Source of the DNA: an uncultured virus (IMG/VR IMGVR_UViG_3300030376_007346)
Taxonomy: Duplodnaviria > Heunggongvirae > Uroviricota > Caudoviricetes
IMG/VR virus record: IMGVR_UViG_3300030376_007346
DNA length: 64,000 bases
Direction: 5' to 3' (one strand)
In this document: piece by piece, positions 18,106 to 28,267 of the stretch
Numbering within the stretch: position 1 is the first letter of the stretch
Layout of the letters: each line of letters starts with the position of its first letter
Program-made: the position numbers and the translations under genes
Notes under the pieces: generated by a model
Databases searched by the model: none
What the model was told of the DNA's origin: nothing
What the model saw: the letters and a program-made list of their open reading frames with translations, nothing else

Positions 18106-19395
18106 ATGTCTTGTTGTCAAAATAATGCCGGAGTAAAATCAACTAAATATGATTGGCCTGATGGTGTCAATGACGATAAATCAGTTAATGGTATTATTCA
18201 CTCCGGAGGCTGGAGGAAAAACAAAACATTCCCATCGACATATAACTACCTAATTAAAAAATCTAAAGATAAATTAAGTGGTAATGACTTAGAAGAATTT
18301 AAAGCTGAATTATGTGCGGCACTTAAAATTATTGACTTACTTAAAAAGGATTCTAACAAAGATGAAAAAACTGGGGGTGACCAAAATATTCAACTTATTG
18401 AGGGGTACTTTAAGAAGTTAAACCCTTTATGTGCTGACGCGAAAAAGAACCAACAAAATAACTCTAACAATAACCAAAAATCAAAAACGATTGAAGGTTG
18501 TATGGATAATAGATATGAAGAATATAATCCAGATGCAACTAAAGATACGGAACCTACTAGTTGTATAACATTAATAAAAGTTGAGGAAGTTCCTCTAGTT
18601 GCTGGTTGTATGGATGACGGTGAAAATTTACCGAAAGGTGTAACCGTAGTTAATTATAACCCTGACGCTGAGATAGACTTAGGTTGTAAATATAAAACTA
18701 ATATAAGTGTCTCAAATAACTATATGTTTTGTACCGACTCACAAGATGGTGCTTTTGATGGTTGTGACCCCTCTGAAGCTAAAAATATTTTAGACGGGTA
18801 TATTACACCTGGAAAATACGGGTTAATCTCATCTTTCCCTAAGAGTGTTATGCAGATAGAGTCTAATTTGACAAGAATAGTAGAAGACTCAATCAATAAT
18901 ATGCGTAATGTCCCATATATCCCTTTAAGGAATGAAAATAAATTTACTAAAGATAGTATCACCTCATTAAGTAATGATATTGTTAAAGCGTTAACAGTAA
19001 GTGTTGCTGAAACACAATATAAAAAAGATGAAAATGATAAAGAGTGGAGAGTCTACCCATTTACCTATGTTACGGTGTATAGTCCAGGAGGTGCGACAGA
19101 CCCTATAGCAGAATTTAAAATAATACGAGATGAATCTATAGATGCACCAATAGGTATTACAGGTATCGTACCAACAGACTCAACAAGTACATTCAGAAAA
19201 AGAATAAATAATTTAAGTCAACCATCGGTAGACCCTTCATATGTTAATGCGGTTAATAAACACATAACCCAATATCTAAAGATAAAAGATATAAAATTTA
19301 ATAATGAGGGACTTTTAGTAGAAAGAATACCGTCTATAGGTTTGGGTAAATTATTGGATAAACCGACTACTGGTTTAGAAAATTTATTAAAATAA
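18106..19395 (+). CDS. Hypothetical protein with two GCMD...YNPDA..D..C repeats
   Basis: IEGCMDNRYEEYNPDATKDTEPTSC and VAGCMDD...NYNPDAEIDLGC. Confidence 0.75.
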   Translation: MSCCQNNAGVKSTKYDWPDGVNDDKSVNGIIHSGGWRKNKTFPSTYNYLIKKSKDKLSGNDLEEFKAELCAALKIIDLLKKDSNKDEKTGGDQNIQLIEGYFKKLNPLCADAKKNQQNNSNNNQKSKTIEGCMDNRYEEYNPDATKDTEPTSCITLIKVEEVPLVAGCMDDGENLPKGVTVVNYNPDAEIDLGCKYKTNISVSNNYMFCTDSQDGAFDGCDPSEAKNILDGYITPGKYGLISSFPKSVMQIESNLTRIVEDSINNMRNVPYIPLRNENKFTKDSITSLSNDIVKALTVSVAETQYKKDENDKEWRVYPFTYVTVYSPGGATDPIAEFKIIRDESIDAPIGITGIVPTDSTSTFRKRINNLSQPSVDPSYVNAVNKHITQYLKIKDIKFNNEGLLVERIPSIGLGKLLDKPTTGLENLLK

Positions 19396-19423
19396 AAAAG
19401 GACCTTATCGGTCCTTTTCTTTT
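19396..19423. terminator. Bidirectional terminator between ORF 18106 and tmRNA
   Basis: aaaaggacc-ttatc-ggtcctttt with A and T tails. Confidence 0.8.
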
Positions 19424-19833
19424 TGGTGGAGGTGGGGGGTATCGAACCCCCGTCTTGTTCGTATTCAAATAATATCTATCCTACACGTTTAGTTTATTCC
19501 TTTTGTTGTCGGACTTAATCTTATAGAATAAACAACCTTCAAATCAGTCCCAAGTCCCCGTGTACATAATACCGGCCGAGAACGTTACCGGGTTCGATTT
19601 GTCTATCGACACCTCAAAAACTAAAGACACAAATCTTAAATTCTTTAGAGAGATGGAGCTATATCGTAACTTAGTTACGCTACAGCCACTGTTGACTCCT
19701 CACGGACAAGTCCTAAAGTCGCCAACTTAGCAAGTGTTTTGCCAGTTAAAAAAATGAATCAGTTTTACAAGCTTAATTCAGGCTTGACGTGCTGACACTA
19801 ATCGACGTACGCCAATCAATTCCAGTCACCCCC
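19424..19833 (-). ncRNA. ssrA: tmRNA (410 nt)
   Basis: 5' GGGGGTG pairs with 3' CACCTCC-ACCA including the G3-U alanine wobble; T-arm GGGGG-TTCGATA-CCCCC; tag frame 19743-19675 after TAACT reads GKTLAKLATLGLVREESTVAVA*. Confidence 0.93.
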
Positions 19834-19836
19834 ATA

Positions 19837-20022
19837 TTATTTATCACCCAAAGTAAAAGGAACTTCTCCAGTATCTTCTTGTTCTTTTTCTTGTTTAGCT
19901 TTCATATAAGCTTCCTTCATGGATTCCAGTTGTTTCACCATCTGTTTTTTTTCTGAAACAAGTCTCATATTACGAGCAGCAACTTTCTTTTTGTGATTTT
20001 TTCTATTTCTTGATTTTGGCAT
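19837..20022 (-). CDS. Small basic protein immediately upstream of tmRNA
   Basis: MPKSRNRKNHKKKVAARN...; stop codon 3 nt from tmRNA 5' end. Confidence 0.75.
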   Translation of the reverse strand: MPKSRNRKNHKKKVAARNMRLVSEKKQMVKQLESMKEAYMKAKQEKEQEDTGEVPFTLGDK

Positions 20023-20047
20023 ATCTATATATTATTTATATTCTCTA

Positions 20048-20078
20048 CAAATATAAGTATCTTATTCTAATAATCAAA
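20048..20078 (-). promoter_or_regulatory. Bacteroidota-type promoter for small ORF and tmRNA
   Basis: TTTG-N19-TATATTTG. Confidence 0.8.
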
Positions 20079-20098
20079 ATATTTATAATAAAAAATAA

Positions 20099-20695
20099 AT
20101 GACTAACACAAAAGATTTATTAAGTAGAGTTGAGACCATCATTAAAAACTCCAATTCAGATACGTTAACTGAGATTAAAAATATTTCGGATATTTTGGAG
20201 GTTAATGGTAAGGTAGCTACTGTTTTACATTTTGTTAACAAAGATAGTGATTGGAACCCACATACACTTACACTTTTAGATGACCTTTTAAAAGAAGAAA
20301 AATTAACTGAAGGTATGAGTCAGGAAAAAATGGATTTCTACCTTTTAAATTATTTAGACAAAAATTGGAGGGAAACCCTAGTAAAAAGATTAAGAGAAGC
20401 TAAAGGATTTAATTATGTTAGTCATTGGTTATCGTCTACAATCGCGGATATAATACAAGATGTGGAAAAACTAGGACTATACCCAGAAATAGACTTCAAA
20501 AGTAACGCAGAAAAGGGTACGGTTGAGTATGAGGATTTCGAACCAATATTTGGTGATTCCGGTACGTTTATCTATAAACCTGTATCAGAATGGATAAATA
20601 ATGTTGTTAAATCAGAAGAAACCCATGGGTTAAAGTTAGATAATTATAAAAGCTCAAAAACATTTTTTGATGTTACACCTCACGAAGACTACTAA
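20099..20695 (+). CDS. Hypothetical protein
   Basis: 198 aa; ATATTTATA at 20079. Confidence 0.7.
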   Translation: MTNTKDLLSRVETIIKNSNSDTLTEIKNISDILEVNGKVATVLHFVNKDSDWNPHTLTLLDDLLKEEKLTEGMSQEKMDFYLLNYLDKNWRETLVKRLREAKGFNYVSHWLSSTIADIIQDVEKLGLYPEIDFKSNAEKGTVEYEDFEPIFGDSGTFIYKPVSEWINNVVKSEETHGLKLDNYKSSKTFFDVTPHEDY

Positions 20696-21498
20696 TCAAA
20701 CCAAAAATCAGACTCTTTCTCAGTAGACTTAAATTCGTAAAAAGAATTACCTAACTTACCTATAACATTTTCACCTAACTGTATAGAATTTTTTACATCT
20801 TCCACGATAACATATTCGTTAGAAGTATGGTAATTGTAATATCCAGCAGCAAAGTTTAAACACGCAAAATTAAATTTATCTTTAAGAACCATAGTATCGG
20901 TATATGGGTGATGTCTCCACTCAGTAAAGCCATGCTCTAAAATTATGTTACGAGTTTTATCGAAGAACTCAGATTTTTGTTCGAACAACTGAACACCCAT
21001 TAAAGAAAGAGACATGGTATCATTTTCAGTAGAGTCAAATTGTATGGCGTAACCCACATCCTTAAAAAACTCTTCGTTAGCACCTCTACTTCCGTGACAT
21101 CCAGTCTCTTCAGCAACTGGAAAAAAAGCTTTAATCACATCAAACTTTTCCAGTAATTGTAAACATATAAAAACTCCAGCTTTATCATCACCACCTATCC
21201 CTGTAGGTAAACCATCTTCTTTTGTGTAAGCCTTAAGAGCTAATTTACTTTCACCTTGTGAGTTAGGTAAATACTCTTCCCTAACTTCCATCTCCTCAAT
21301 GTCGTGTACACTGTCAGTGTGTGCAAGAACTAAAGGAAAATAATCGGAAATACCTTTTGTTACATACAGATTACCTAAATCATCTTTTTCATATTTATAA
21401 CCCTTTTCTTCGAAATGACCTATAAGATATTTGATTAATCTTTCCTCTTCCCAAGTCTTAGTTGGTATTGATAATAATTCTTTTAATTTTTCTTTCAT
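20692..21498 (-). CDS. M20/M28/M42-clan zinc peptidase
   Basis: AHTDSV, GGDDKAG, EETG, QFD and YHT motifs. Confidence 0.85.
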   Translation of the reverse strand: MKEKLKELLSIPTKTWEEERLIKYLIGHFEEKGYKYEKDDLGNLYVTKGISDYFPLVLAHTDSVHDIEEMEVREEYLPNSQGESKLALKAYTKEDGLPTGIGGDDKAGVFICLQLLEKFDVIKAFFPVAEETGCHGSRGANEEFFKDVGYAIQFDSTENDTMSLSLMGVQLFEQKSEFFDKTRNIILEHGFTEWRHHPYTDTMVLKDKFNFACLNFAAGYYNYHTSNEYVIVEDVKNSIQLGENVIGKLGNSFYEFKSTEKESDFWFD

Positions 21499-21499
21499 A

Positions 21500-22030
21500 T
21501 TAAACTCTTTTAGAGTAACCCACTACTTGATAGTAATCTCTCTTACTATCACAGAAGTCAATTACTAATTGTAATAAACCTTTAAACATAAATGCACCAT
21601 CTGAACGTTTTTCACATAGAATAAATAATTCGATGATTGTGGACAAAAATTCTACACTAAGATATCCACGACCATCTAGGTCCTGAAAGTCTGTTAGAGA
21701 CCCTCCTACATGTTGTAGTTCGTATGTATTACGTTCTTCCTGAGACTCAAAAGGAACCATAACATCGTATAGGTCTAGATATTTCTGAACAAAATCCCTA
21801 ACCATTTCTTTATTAAATTCTGCTTTCACCAGAAGGTCAACAATCCAGTGAGTATGAGATGGGGTTCTTAATTTTTTTATTGGTTCTTTATACTTCACAA
21901 TAAAATCTAATTCAGGATAAGAACCTCTAAATCCCTGAAACATCGCAACTATTGTATTATCATTAAGAGTAAATTCATTTACCGACTCTACTCGTGGTCC
22001 ATTTTTTATTTTATATTGTAGTCTTTCCAT
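21500..22030 (-). CDS. Hypothetical protein
   Basis: 176 aa, directly abutting neighbours. Confidence 0.7.
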   Translation of the reverse strand: MERLQYKIKNGPRVESVNEFTLNDNTIVAMFQGFRGSYPELDFIVKYKEPIKKLRTPSHTHWIVDLLVKAEFNKEMVRDFVQKYLDLYDVMVPFESQEERNTYELQHVGGSLTDFQDLDGRGYLSVEFLSTIIELFILCEKRSDGAFMFKGLLQLVIDFCDSKRDYYQVVGYSKRV

Positions 22031-22530
22031 TATCTATATTTTACAACTTTGGGATTTAATTCCCAGTTAAACTTATACTTTGATGTGTATTTGTTGTTAT
22101 TATATTTTTTACAACAACTACCACACGCTTTCTCTACTTTTGTTTTTCTTGCATAATAAACTTCTCTTTCACAATTAGGGCAAGTAGCCACCCATTTCAT
22201 AAATTGAGACTTGTCAACACCAGACCCACTACTACATCTTTCACCACTACAACCAATAGACCTAGCGACTCTTTTCCATTCAGAGTCATGATTAGAGTAC
22301 CCTCTATTTTTATAATCTAATCCGTGAGCAATCTCATGAAGAATGGTGTTTATAACTCTTCTTTCATTAGTTTCGTGTTGAGTCATAGGTCTAGAAAGTG
22401 TTATAACTTTTGTTCTGCCATTACAAGAACCAAATCTTCTAACAGCTTTGTCCCACTTAAATGTGTAGTCAGTGAGACCATGTTCTCTCATTAATCTAAT
22501 TGCGGTATTTCTTACTTTTTCTAAATTCAT
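22030..22530 (-). CDS. SprT-like zinc metalloprotease with C-terminal Cys motifs
   Basis: RRFGSC, TILHEIAH, H..EWK, CPNC...CGSC; TATCTTTG box at 22535-22542. Confidence 0.88.
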   Translation of the reverse strand: MNLEKVRNTAIRLMREHGLTDYTFKWDKAVRRFGSCNGRTKVITLSRPMTQHETNERRVINTILHEIAHGLDYKNRGYSNHDSEWKRVARSIGCSGERCSSGSGVDKSQFMKWVATCPNCEREVYYARKTKVEKACGSCCKKYNNNKYTSKYKFNWELNPKVVKYR

Positions 22531-22553
22531 ACTACAAAGATAAGAAAAAAATA

Positions 22554-23654
22554 TTAGATGGCCGAATATAAACGTGAAATTTTTCTTAAAGAATCGTGAC
22601 CAGCTTTATTGAATCGCTTTTCCCAGAATCTAAGAAAGTTTTGGGGGGAAGATAATGCTTTACTGGGCAAGTTAGGTATTTTTATAGTGTCGTCAGCGGA
22701 AAAATCTTTTAGAAAATCCTCGTATGTTACAGACCAATTTTGTATTAACTGGTCTAAAACAACGTTCTTTATTTCATCTATTGGTGTTTTTTTACCGTCA
22801 TAATCCCTAACTCTATCTATTGTTTCTTGTGAAAGCTCAAAGTCCTCAAAAAACTTTTCAGAACTAAAATTATTAAGTCTTTTAGCGTAGGAAAATGCCC
22901 TAGAAGTTTTTAGGAAATCTACAAATTCCTGTTTAGATTTTATATTTTTATTTCTAACTAAACCATAAACTTCAGACACACGAGCATTAAGTTCGAAACT
23001 TAAATGTAGATAAATCATGAACATTAGTTCATCCCAGTCATCAACAGAACCCATCTTATTTAACATCTGAGTTAGATTAGCCACCTGCTCAAAGTTAGGT
23101 TTCGCGGAATTACTTAGTATTCTTTTGTAAAATTCATATACATGTGTAAGTTCGTGAAATAACACAGACTCAGCATAAGGTTTTATTTCTGAATTATATA
23201 ATTCTATAAAAGAACCGTTTTCATAAGAGGACTCTGGAAGATTAATTTCCATATTTATAATACCACCAACTACTAAAGGGAATGTCTTACCATCGTCGAA
23301 AGTAGCGTCCACCAAACTAATTTCACTAGTATCGAAAGAAGCAGCATCTATATAATCATCACCACTAGTTATATTTTCATCAGGGACAATATTTAATTTT
23401 AAATTTAATTGGGGTTCAGCTAAAGGAAAATCTAAAAACTTACTATTAGAACTATTCCACCCAAGAGAAACGGCTTTTTCTTGTACTTCATCACCAGTAA
23501 AAAATACCTCTTTATCTTCCGAAGATAATAACATTAATAAACCATCATTAAACATTTCAGAAAAGGTGTCAACCCAAAACTCGATTGATTTCGGGACACC
23601 TAAAGCTTCTTTTATAAGCCTTAAAGATTGTTTTTTGGTTATTACTAATTTCAT
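22554..23654 (-). CDS. Leader-bearing putative zincin-like metallopeptidase
   Basis: MKLVITKKQSLRLIKE leader; LFHELTHVYE and downstream ELNA. Confidence 0.65.
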   Translation of the reverse strand: MKLVITKKQSLRLIKEALGVPKSIEFWVDTFSEMFNDGLLMLLSSEDKEVFFTGDEVQEKAVSLGWNSSNSKFLDFPLAEPQLNLKLNIVPDENITSGDDYIDAASFDTSEISLVDATFDDGKTFPLVVGGIINMEINLPESSYENGSFIELYNSEIKPYAESVLFHELTHVYEFYKRILSNSAKPNFEQVANLTQMLNKMGSVDDWDELMFMIYLHLSFELNARVSEVYGLVRNKNIKSKQEFVDFLKTSRAFSYAKRLNNFSSEKFFEDFELSQETIDRVRDYDGKKTPIDEIKNVVLDQLIQNWSVTYEDFLKDFSADDTIKIPNLPSKALSSPQNFLRFWEKRFNKAGHDSLRKISRLYSAI

Positions 23655-23674
23655 GGCTAATAAATATCCATGAG

Positions 23675-25711
23675 TTATTGTTTTTCGACTAATTTAAATT
23701 TTTCACTAGTTTTGTTATAACTCATAGTGTAAGATTCTTTTTCTTTAATTACGTTCTTAAGAATCTGTGCGGCAATAAAATCTTCTACTTCTGATTGGAT
23801 GGACCTTTTTAGTGGTCTAGCTCCAAACTTCTCATCATAACCTATAGAACATATATGGTCTACAATCGAAGGTCCGAATTTGATTTCGTAACCCTTTTCT
23901 CGTAAACGGTCATTTAAGTGAGACAACTCAATCTTAACAATTTTTTTAATACCAGTTTTATCTAAAGACTCAAAGATAATAATATCATCTAGTCTATTTA
24001 AAAATTCTGGGTTAAAAGTATTTTTTAAAGATTTAGATATAATAGCCCTAACTCTTTCTTTGTCAGTTTGTTGTGAAGCTTTGGTTGTAAAACCTAAACC
24101 ACTACCAAAATCCTGAGAGTTTTTAACACCGATATTAGAAGTCATCATTATAAGAGTGTTTTTAAAATTTATCCTTCTTCCCGAAGCATCGGTAACATAA
24201 CCATCATCTAATATTTGTAAAAGAATGTTAAAAATTTCTCTATGACCTTTTTCTATCTCATCAAATAAAATAAGAGAGTAAGGATTTTGTCTTACCTTTT
24301 CTGTAAATTGTCCACCTTCATTATAACCCACATAACCTGGAGGTGAACCAATTAATCTTGAAACTGAGTGTTTTTCTTGGTATTCTGACATATCCACTCT
24401 AATCATAGACTCTTCAGAACCAAACATTAGTTGAGCTAATTTTTTTGCCAAGTGGGTCTTCCCAACTCCCGTAGGTCCCAGACATATAAATGAACCAATA
24501 GGTTTGTCTAACTCCTTAATACCTACAGAATTTCTCCTAACAGCTTTAACAATAGAATCGATAGCAACATCCTGACCAATAACTGTTTTCTTAAGTTGTT
24601 TATCTAAATTTAACAAATTCTTTTTTTCGTTTTGATTCATTCTACTTAAAGGTATCTTAGTTATTTTAGAAACTACCGCCATTACATCCTCTACCGTGAT
24701 AGGTATCTTATTTTTAGCTTGACGAACCTCCCAACCCTTTGTTAAGTCATCTAATTTTTTTGTTAACTTTCTTTCACTATCACGAATAGCCGCAGCTTTT
24801 TCATACATTTGTGATTTAACAACTACAATTTTCTCATCCTTTAATTCAGAAATTTGAGATTTTAGAGTCTCGATACTTTTTGGTGTTTTAATCTCTATCT
24901 GTACCATAGAACCAACCTCATCCATAACATCAATAGCTTTATCAGGAAAAGCACGGTCACTAATATATCTATCTGCAAGACGAACACATAACTCTACACA
25001 TTCATCATTATAAGTTACATTGTGGTGGTCCTCGTACACATGTTTTATATTCTTAAGAATCTCAATTGTTTCTTTGGTATTAGGTGGGTCGATTGTTACT
25101 TTTTGAAATCTTCTCTCCAAAGCACCATCCTTTTCAATCTTTTCTCTATACTCATCCAAAGTTGTCGCTCCTATACATTGTACGTCCCCTCTCGCTAAAG
25201 GTGGTTTAAATATGTTTGCAGCATCTAAATTACCCGCGGAATTACCAGTACCAACTACAGTATGTATTTCATCTATAAAAATTATAACATCATTATTTTC
25301 TCTTAACTCATCTATAATTGCTTTCATCCTCTCCTCAAACTGACCTCGGTACTTGGTGCCAGCTACCAATGAAGATAATTCTAATAAAACAATTCTTTTA
25401 TTTAAAAGAGTTCTAGGACAGTCCCCTAGATGTATCTTGGTTGCTAACATTTCGACAACCGATGTTTTTCCAGCTCCAGGTTCCCCTATGAGTACAGGGT
25501 TATTTTTCTTTCTTCTTGCAAGTATCTGTATAATACGTTTAACTTCATCTTCTCTACCTATTACTGGGTCTAACTTACCTGAAGCTGCCAGAGAAGTTAA
25601 ATCCCTTGAAAAATTATCTAATATAGGTGTTCTACTATCTGTAGAAATTGGTTTTTTTGTTTCATCACCACTAAGTTCTTCCATGTCGGAATCAGCACTA
25701 AATTCTATCAT
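23675..25711 (-). CDS. clpC: ClpC-like AAA+ ATPase lacking the N-terminal domain
   Basis: Two AAA modules (GEPGAGKT, GPTGVGKT), KYRG pore loop, UVR-like YEKAAAIRD, LGF ClpP-docking loop. Confidence 0.9.
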   Translation of the reverse strand: MIEFSADSDMEELSGDETKKPISTDSRTPILDNFSRDLTSLAASGKLDPVIGREDEVKRIIQILARRKKNNPVLIGEPGAGKTSVVEMLATKIHLGDCPRTLLNKRIVLLELSSLVAGTKYRGQFEERMKAIIDELRENNDVIIFIDEIHTVVGTGNSAGNLDAANIFKPPLARGDVQCIGATTLDEYREKIEKDGALERRFQKVTIDPPNTKETIEILKNIKHVYEDHHNVTYNDECVELCVRLADRYISDRAFPDKAIDVMDEVGSMVQIEIKTPKSIETLKSQISELKDEKIVVVKSQMYEKAAAIRDSERKLTKKLDDLTKGWEVRQAKNKIPITVEDVMAVVSKITKIPLSRMNQNEKKNLLNLDKQLKKTVIGQDVAIDSIVKAVRRNSVGIKELDKPIGSFICLGPTGVGKTHLAKKLAQLMFGSEESMIRVDMSEYQEKHSVSRLIGSPPGYVGYNEGGQFTEKVRQNPYSLILFDEIEKGHREIFNILLQILDDGYVTDASGRRINFKNTLIMMTSNIGVKNSQDFGSGLGFTTKASQQTDKERVRAIISKSLKNTFNPEFLNRLDDIIIFESLDKTGIKKIVKIELSHLNDRLREKGYEIKFGPSIVDHICSIGYDEKFGARPLKRSIQSEVEDFIAAQILKNVIKEKESYTMSYNKTSEKFKLVEKQ

Positions 25712-25757
25712 ATCTTTTTTTATTTAAATTTAATATATTTCTTTTAATAATCAACCA

Positions 25758-25830
25758 CTGACAAAATGACATACATAATGTCAGGTTTGACATTTGATTT
25801 ATTATTTATTACCATTGGTATAGTAATTGT
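25758..25830 (+). promoter_or_regulatory. TGACA/TGTCA repeat cluster plus sigma54-like -24/-12 element upstream of dnaK
   Basis: TGACA at 25759, 25767, 25788; TGTCA at 25779; TTGGTAT-N5-TTGT at 25815-25830 (GG-N10-GT). Confidence 0.45.
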
Positions 25831-25889
25831 ACTACAAAACTAATGAAAATAATTTCATAAACAAATAAAAAAAAAGAAAATTAAAAAAA

Positions 25890-27773
25890 ATGGCAAAAGT
25901 AATTGGAATTGACTTAGGAACGACAAATTCGTGTGTTTCTGTGGTAGAGGGTGGAAACCCTGAAATAATAGTAAACTCAGAAGGCAAAAGAACCACACCT
26001 TCAATAGTGTCCTTTAAAGAAGGGGACCGTAGTGTTGGGGACCCAGCAAAAAGACAAGCAGTAACTAACCCAACAAATACAGTATATTCTGTAAAAAGAT
26101 TCATAGGTAGTAAATTTAGTGAAATTAGTAAAGAAGCTAAAAAAATGCCTTACTCGGTAATTAAGGGCACAAAAGACATGGTAACCATAAAAGTAAGTGA
26201 TAAAACTTACGTGCCACAAGAAATTTCAGCTGTGGTATTACAAAATTTAAAAAAGACAGCGGAAGATTATCTTGGAGAAAAAGTAACTGAAGCTGTAATC
26301 ACAGTACCGGCTTACTTTAATGACGAACAAAGAAATGCAACAAAAGAAGCTGGAGAAATAGCTGGACTTAAAGTTTTAAGAATTATAAATGAACCTACTG
26401 CGGCAGCTTTAGCATATGGTATGGATAAAAAGAATAAAGATATGACTGTCGCGGTATACGACCTTGGGGGTGGTACATTCGATGTGTCTATTTTGGAACT
26501 AGGGGACGGTGTATTTGAAGTAAAATCAACAAATGGGGACACACACTTAGGTGGTGATAATTTTGACGAAAAAATTATCGAGTGGTTACTAGACGAATTT
26601 AAGGCAGAAAATAATATGGACCTATCAACCGATGCCTCAGCTTTACAAAGACTAAGAGAAGCAGCAGAAAAAGCAAAGGTAGAACTATCCAACTCAACAA
26701 CAACAGAGATTAATCTACCTTACATCACCGCGGATAGTAGTGGACCTAAACATTTAGTACGTAATTTGTCTAGAGCAAAATTTGAGTCGATGGTGGAGGA
26801 TTTGGTAAAGAAAAGTTTAACTCCTTGTAGAAAAGCTCTTAAAGATGCGGGATTAAAAGCTAATGACATAGATGAGATACTTTTAGTGGGTGGGTCAACG
26901 AGGATACCAGCAGTACAAGAAGCTGTAGAAAAATTATTTAAGAAAAAACCATCCAAAGGAGTTAACCCAGATGAGGTTGTTGCTATGGGAGCAGCCATAC
27001 AAGGTGGAGTACTTGCTGGGGATGTTAATGACGTTTTATTGTTAGATGTTACACCACTTTCTTTAGGGATTGAAACTATGGGTCAAGTTATGACAAAACT
27101 TATAGATGCGAATACCACTATACCAACTTCTAAAAGTCAGGTATTCTCTACCGCGATTGATAACCAACCCGCTGTTGATATTCATGTGTTACAAGGAGAA
27201 AGACCTATGGCTGGAGATAACAGAACCCTAGGTAAGTTCCAATTAACAGATATACCACCAGCACCAAGAGGGATACCACAAGTAGAAGTTACTTTTGATA
27301 TTGACGCTAATGGTATTATTGATGTAAAAGCTGTGGACAAGGGAACTGGTAAACAACAAAATATTAAAATAGAGTCCGGAAGTAGTCTATCGGATGATGA
27401 AATAGATAGAATGAAAAAGGAAGCTGAGATGAACGCTAAAGAAGATAGTGAAAAACTAGATAGAATAAATAAGTTAAATTCAGCAGACGCACTAATATTC
27501 CAAACAGAAAAACAAATAAAAGAGTTTGGGGATAAATTAGATGATAACGATAAATCACGTCTAGAAAATAATATTAAGGAGTTAAGAGAGGTAATGGAGT
27601 CGGAAGATATTGAAGGTGTAGAGGACCTAACAGAAAAGTTAAATGGTACTTGGCAAGAAATCAGTACTAAGTTATACGAACAAACAGAATCTGAAGATAC
27701 AACCCAAACAGAAACCCCTAATGAAGACACAACAGATGTGGAGTTTGAAGAAGTAAAAGAAGAGGTAAAATAA
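25890..27773 (+). CDS. dnaK: Hsp70 chaperone DnaK
   Basis: [32 protein letters not shown] motifs; 627 aa. Confidence 0.98.
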   Translation: MAKVIGIDLGTTNSCVSVVEGGNPEIIVNSEGKRTTPSIVSFKEGDRSVGDPAKRQAVTNPTNTVYSVKRFIGSKFSEISKEAKKMPYSVIKGTKDMVTIKVSDKTYVPQEISAVVLQNLKKTAEDYLGEKVTEAVITVPAYFNDEQRNATKEAGEIAGLKVLRIINEPTAAALAYGMDKKNKDMTVAVYDLGGGTFDVSILELGDGVFEVKSTNGDTHLGGDNFDEKIIEWLLDEFKAENNMDLSTDASALQRLREAAEKAKVELSNSTTTEINLPYITADSSGPKHLVRNLSRAKFESMVEDLVKKSLTPCRKALKDAGLKANDIDEILLVGGSTRIPAVQEAVEKLFKKKPSKGVNPDEVVAMGAAIQGGVLAGDVNDVLLLDVTPLSLGIETMGQVMTKLIDANTTIPTSKSQVFSTAIDNQPAVDIHVLQGERPMAGDNRTLGKFQLTDIPPAPRGIPQVEVTFDIDANGIIDVKAVDKGTGKQQNIKIESGSSLSDDEIDRMKKEAEMNAKEDSEKLDRINKLNSADALIFQTEKQIKEFGDKLDDNDKSRLENNIKELREVMESEDIEGVEDLTEKLNGTWQEISTKLYEQTESEDTTQTETPNEDTTDVEFEEVKEEVK

Positions 27774-27781
27774 ATTTAATG

Positions 27782-27827
27782 GATTTTGGGAAGGAAAGTT
27801 AAAAAATAATATTTCCTTTCCAAAATC
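27782..27827 (+). terminator. Imperfect hairpin after dnaK
   Basis: gattttgggaaggaaa ... tttcctttccaaaatc. Confidence 0.45.
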
Positions 27828-27855
27828 AATATTTTATAATTAAATAAAAAATATT

Positions 27856-28266
27856 ATGATGAAAATATACACAAGTCCTACATGTCATTATTGTAACAGA
27901 CTTAAAACAGTTTTAAAAGAAAAAAATGTACAGTACGAAGAGATTGTAGCTTCAGAAAATGAAGAAGAATGGAATGAAATAACTAGGATAGCGGGTATTG
28001 GAATGACACCAGCAATAATTTTCCAAAATGAAATATGGTTACCTAATAGAGACTTTAGAACACCGGAAGAGTTAATACAAAGAGTAGAGCACTTTACAAA
28101 GAACCCTATGAGACATTTAAGTCTTGAGGAGAGATTAGACCAGACGCATAATACAGTAAAAAATCTAACCTTACTATTGAATCAAATGAGTCAAACCATT
28201 CAGACACTAAATAATAAAGTACCTAATCCAGTACCACAATCACAACAACCGGCACCACAACAATAA
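27856..28266 (+). CDS. Glutaredoxin/NrdH-like protein with coiled-coil tail
   Basis: IYTSPTCHYC and TP motifs. Confidence 0.8.
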   Translation: MMKIYTSPTCHYCNRLKTVLKEKNVQYEEIVASENEEEWNEITRIAGIGMTPAIIFQNEIWLPNRDFRTPEELIQRVEHFTKNPMRHLSLEERLDQTHNTVKNLTLLLNQMSQTIQTLNNKVPNPVPQSQQPAPQQ

Positions 28267-28267
28267 T

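Noticed and set aside
19424..19455. tRNA-like T-arm and CCA end read as a tRNA gene
   Set aside because: The matching 5' acceptor strand is 410 nt away with a tag frame in between, so this is tmRNA
25353..27730. Antisense ORFs over clpC and dnaK (25353+, 25832-, 26001-, 26312-, 26720-, 27182-)
   Set aside because: Shadow frames of strongly conserved genes with no independent motifs
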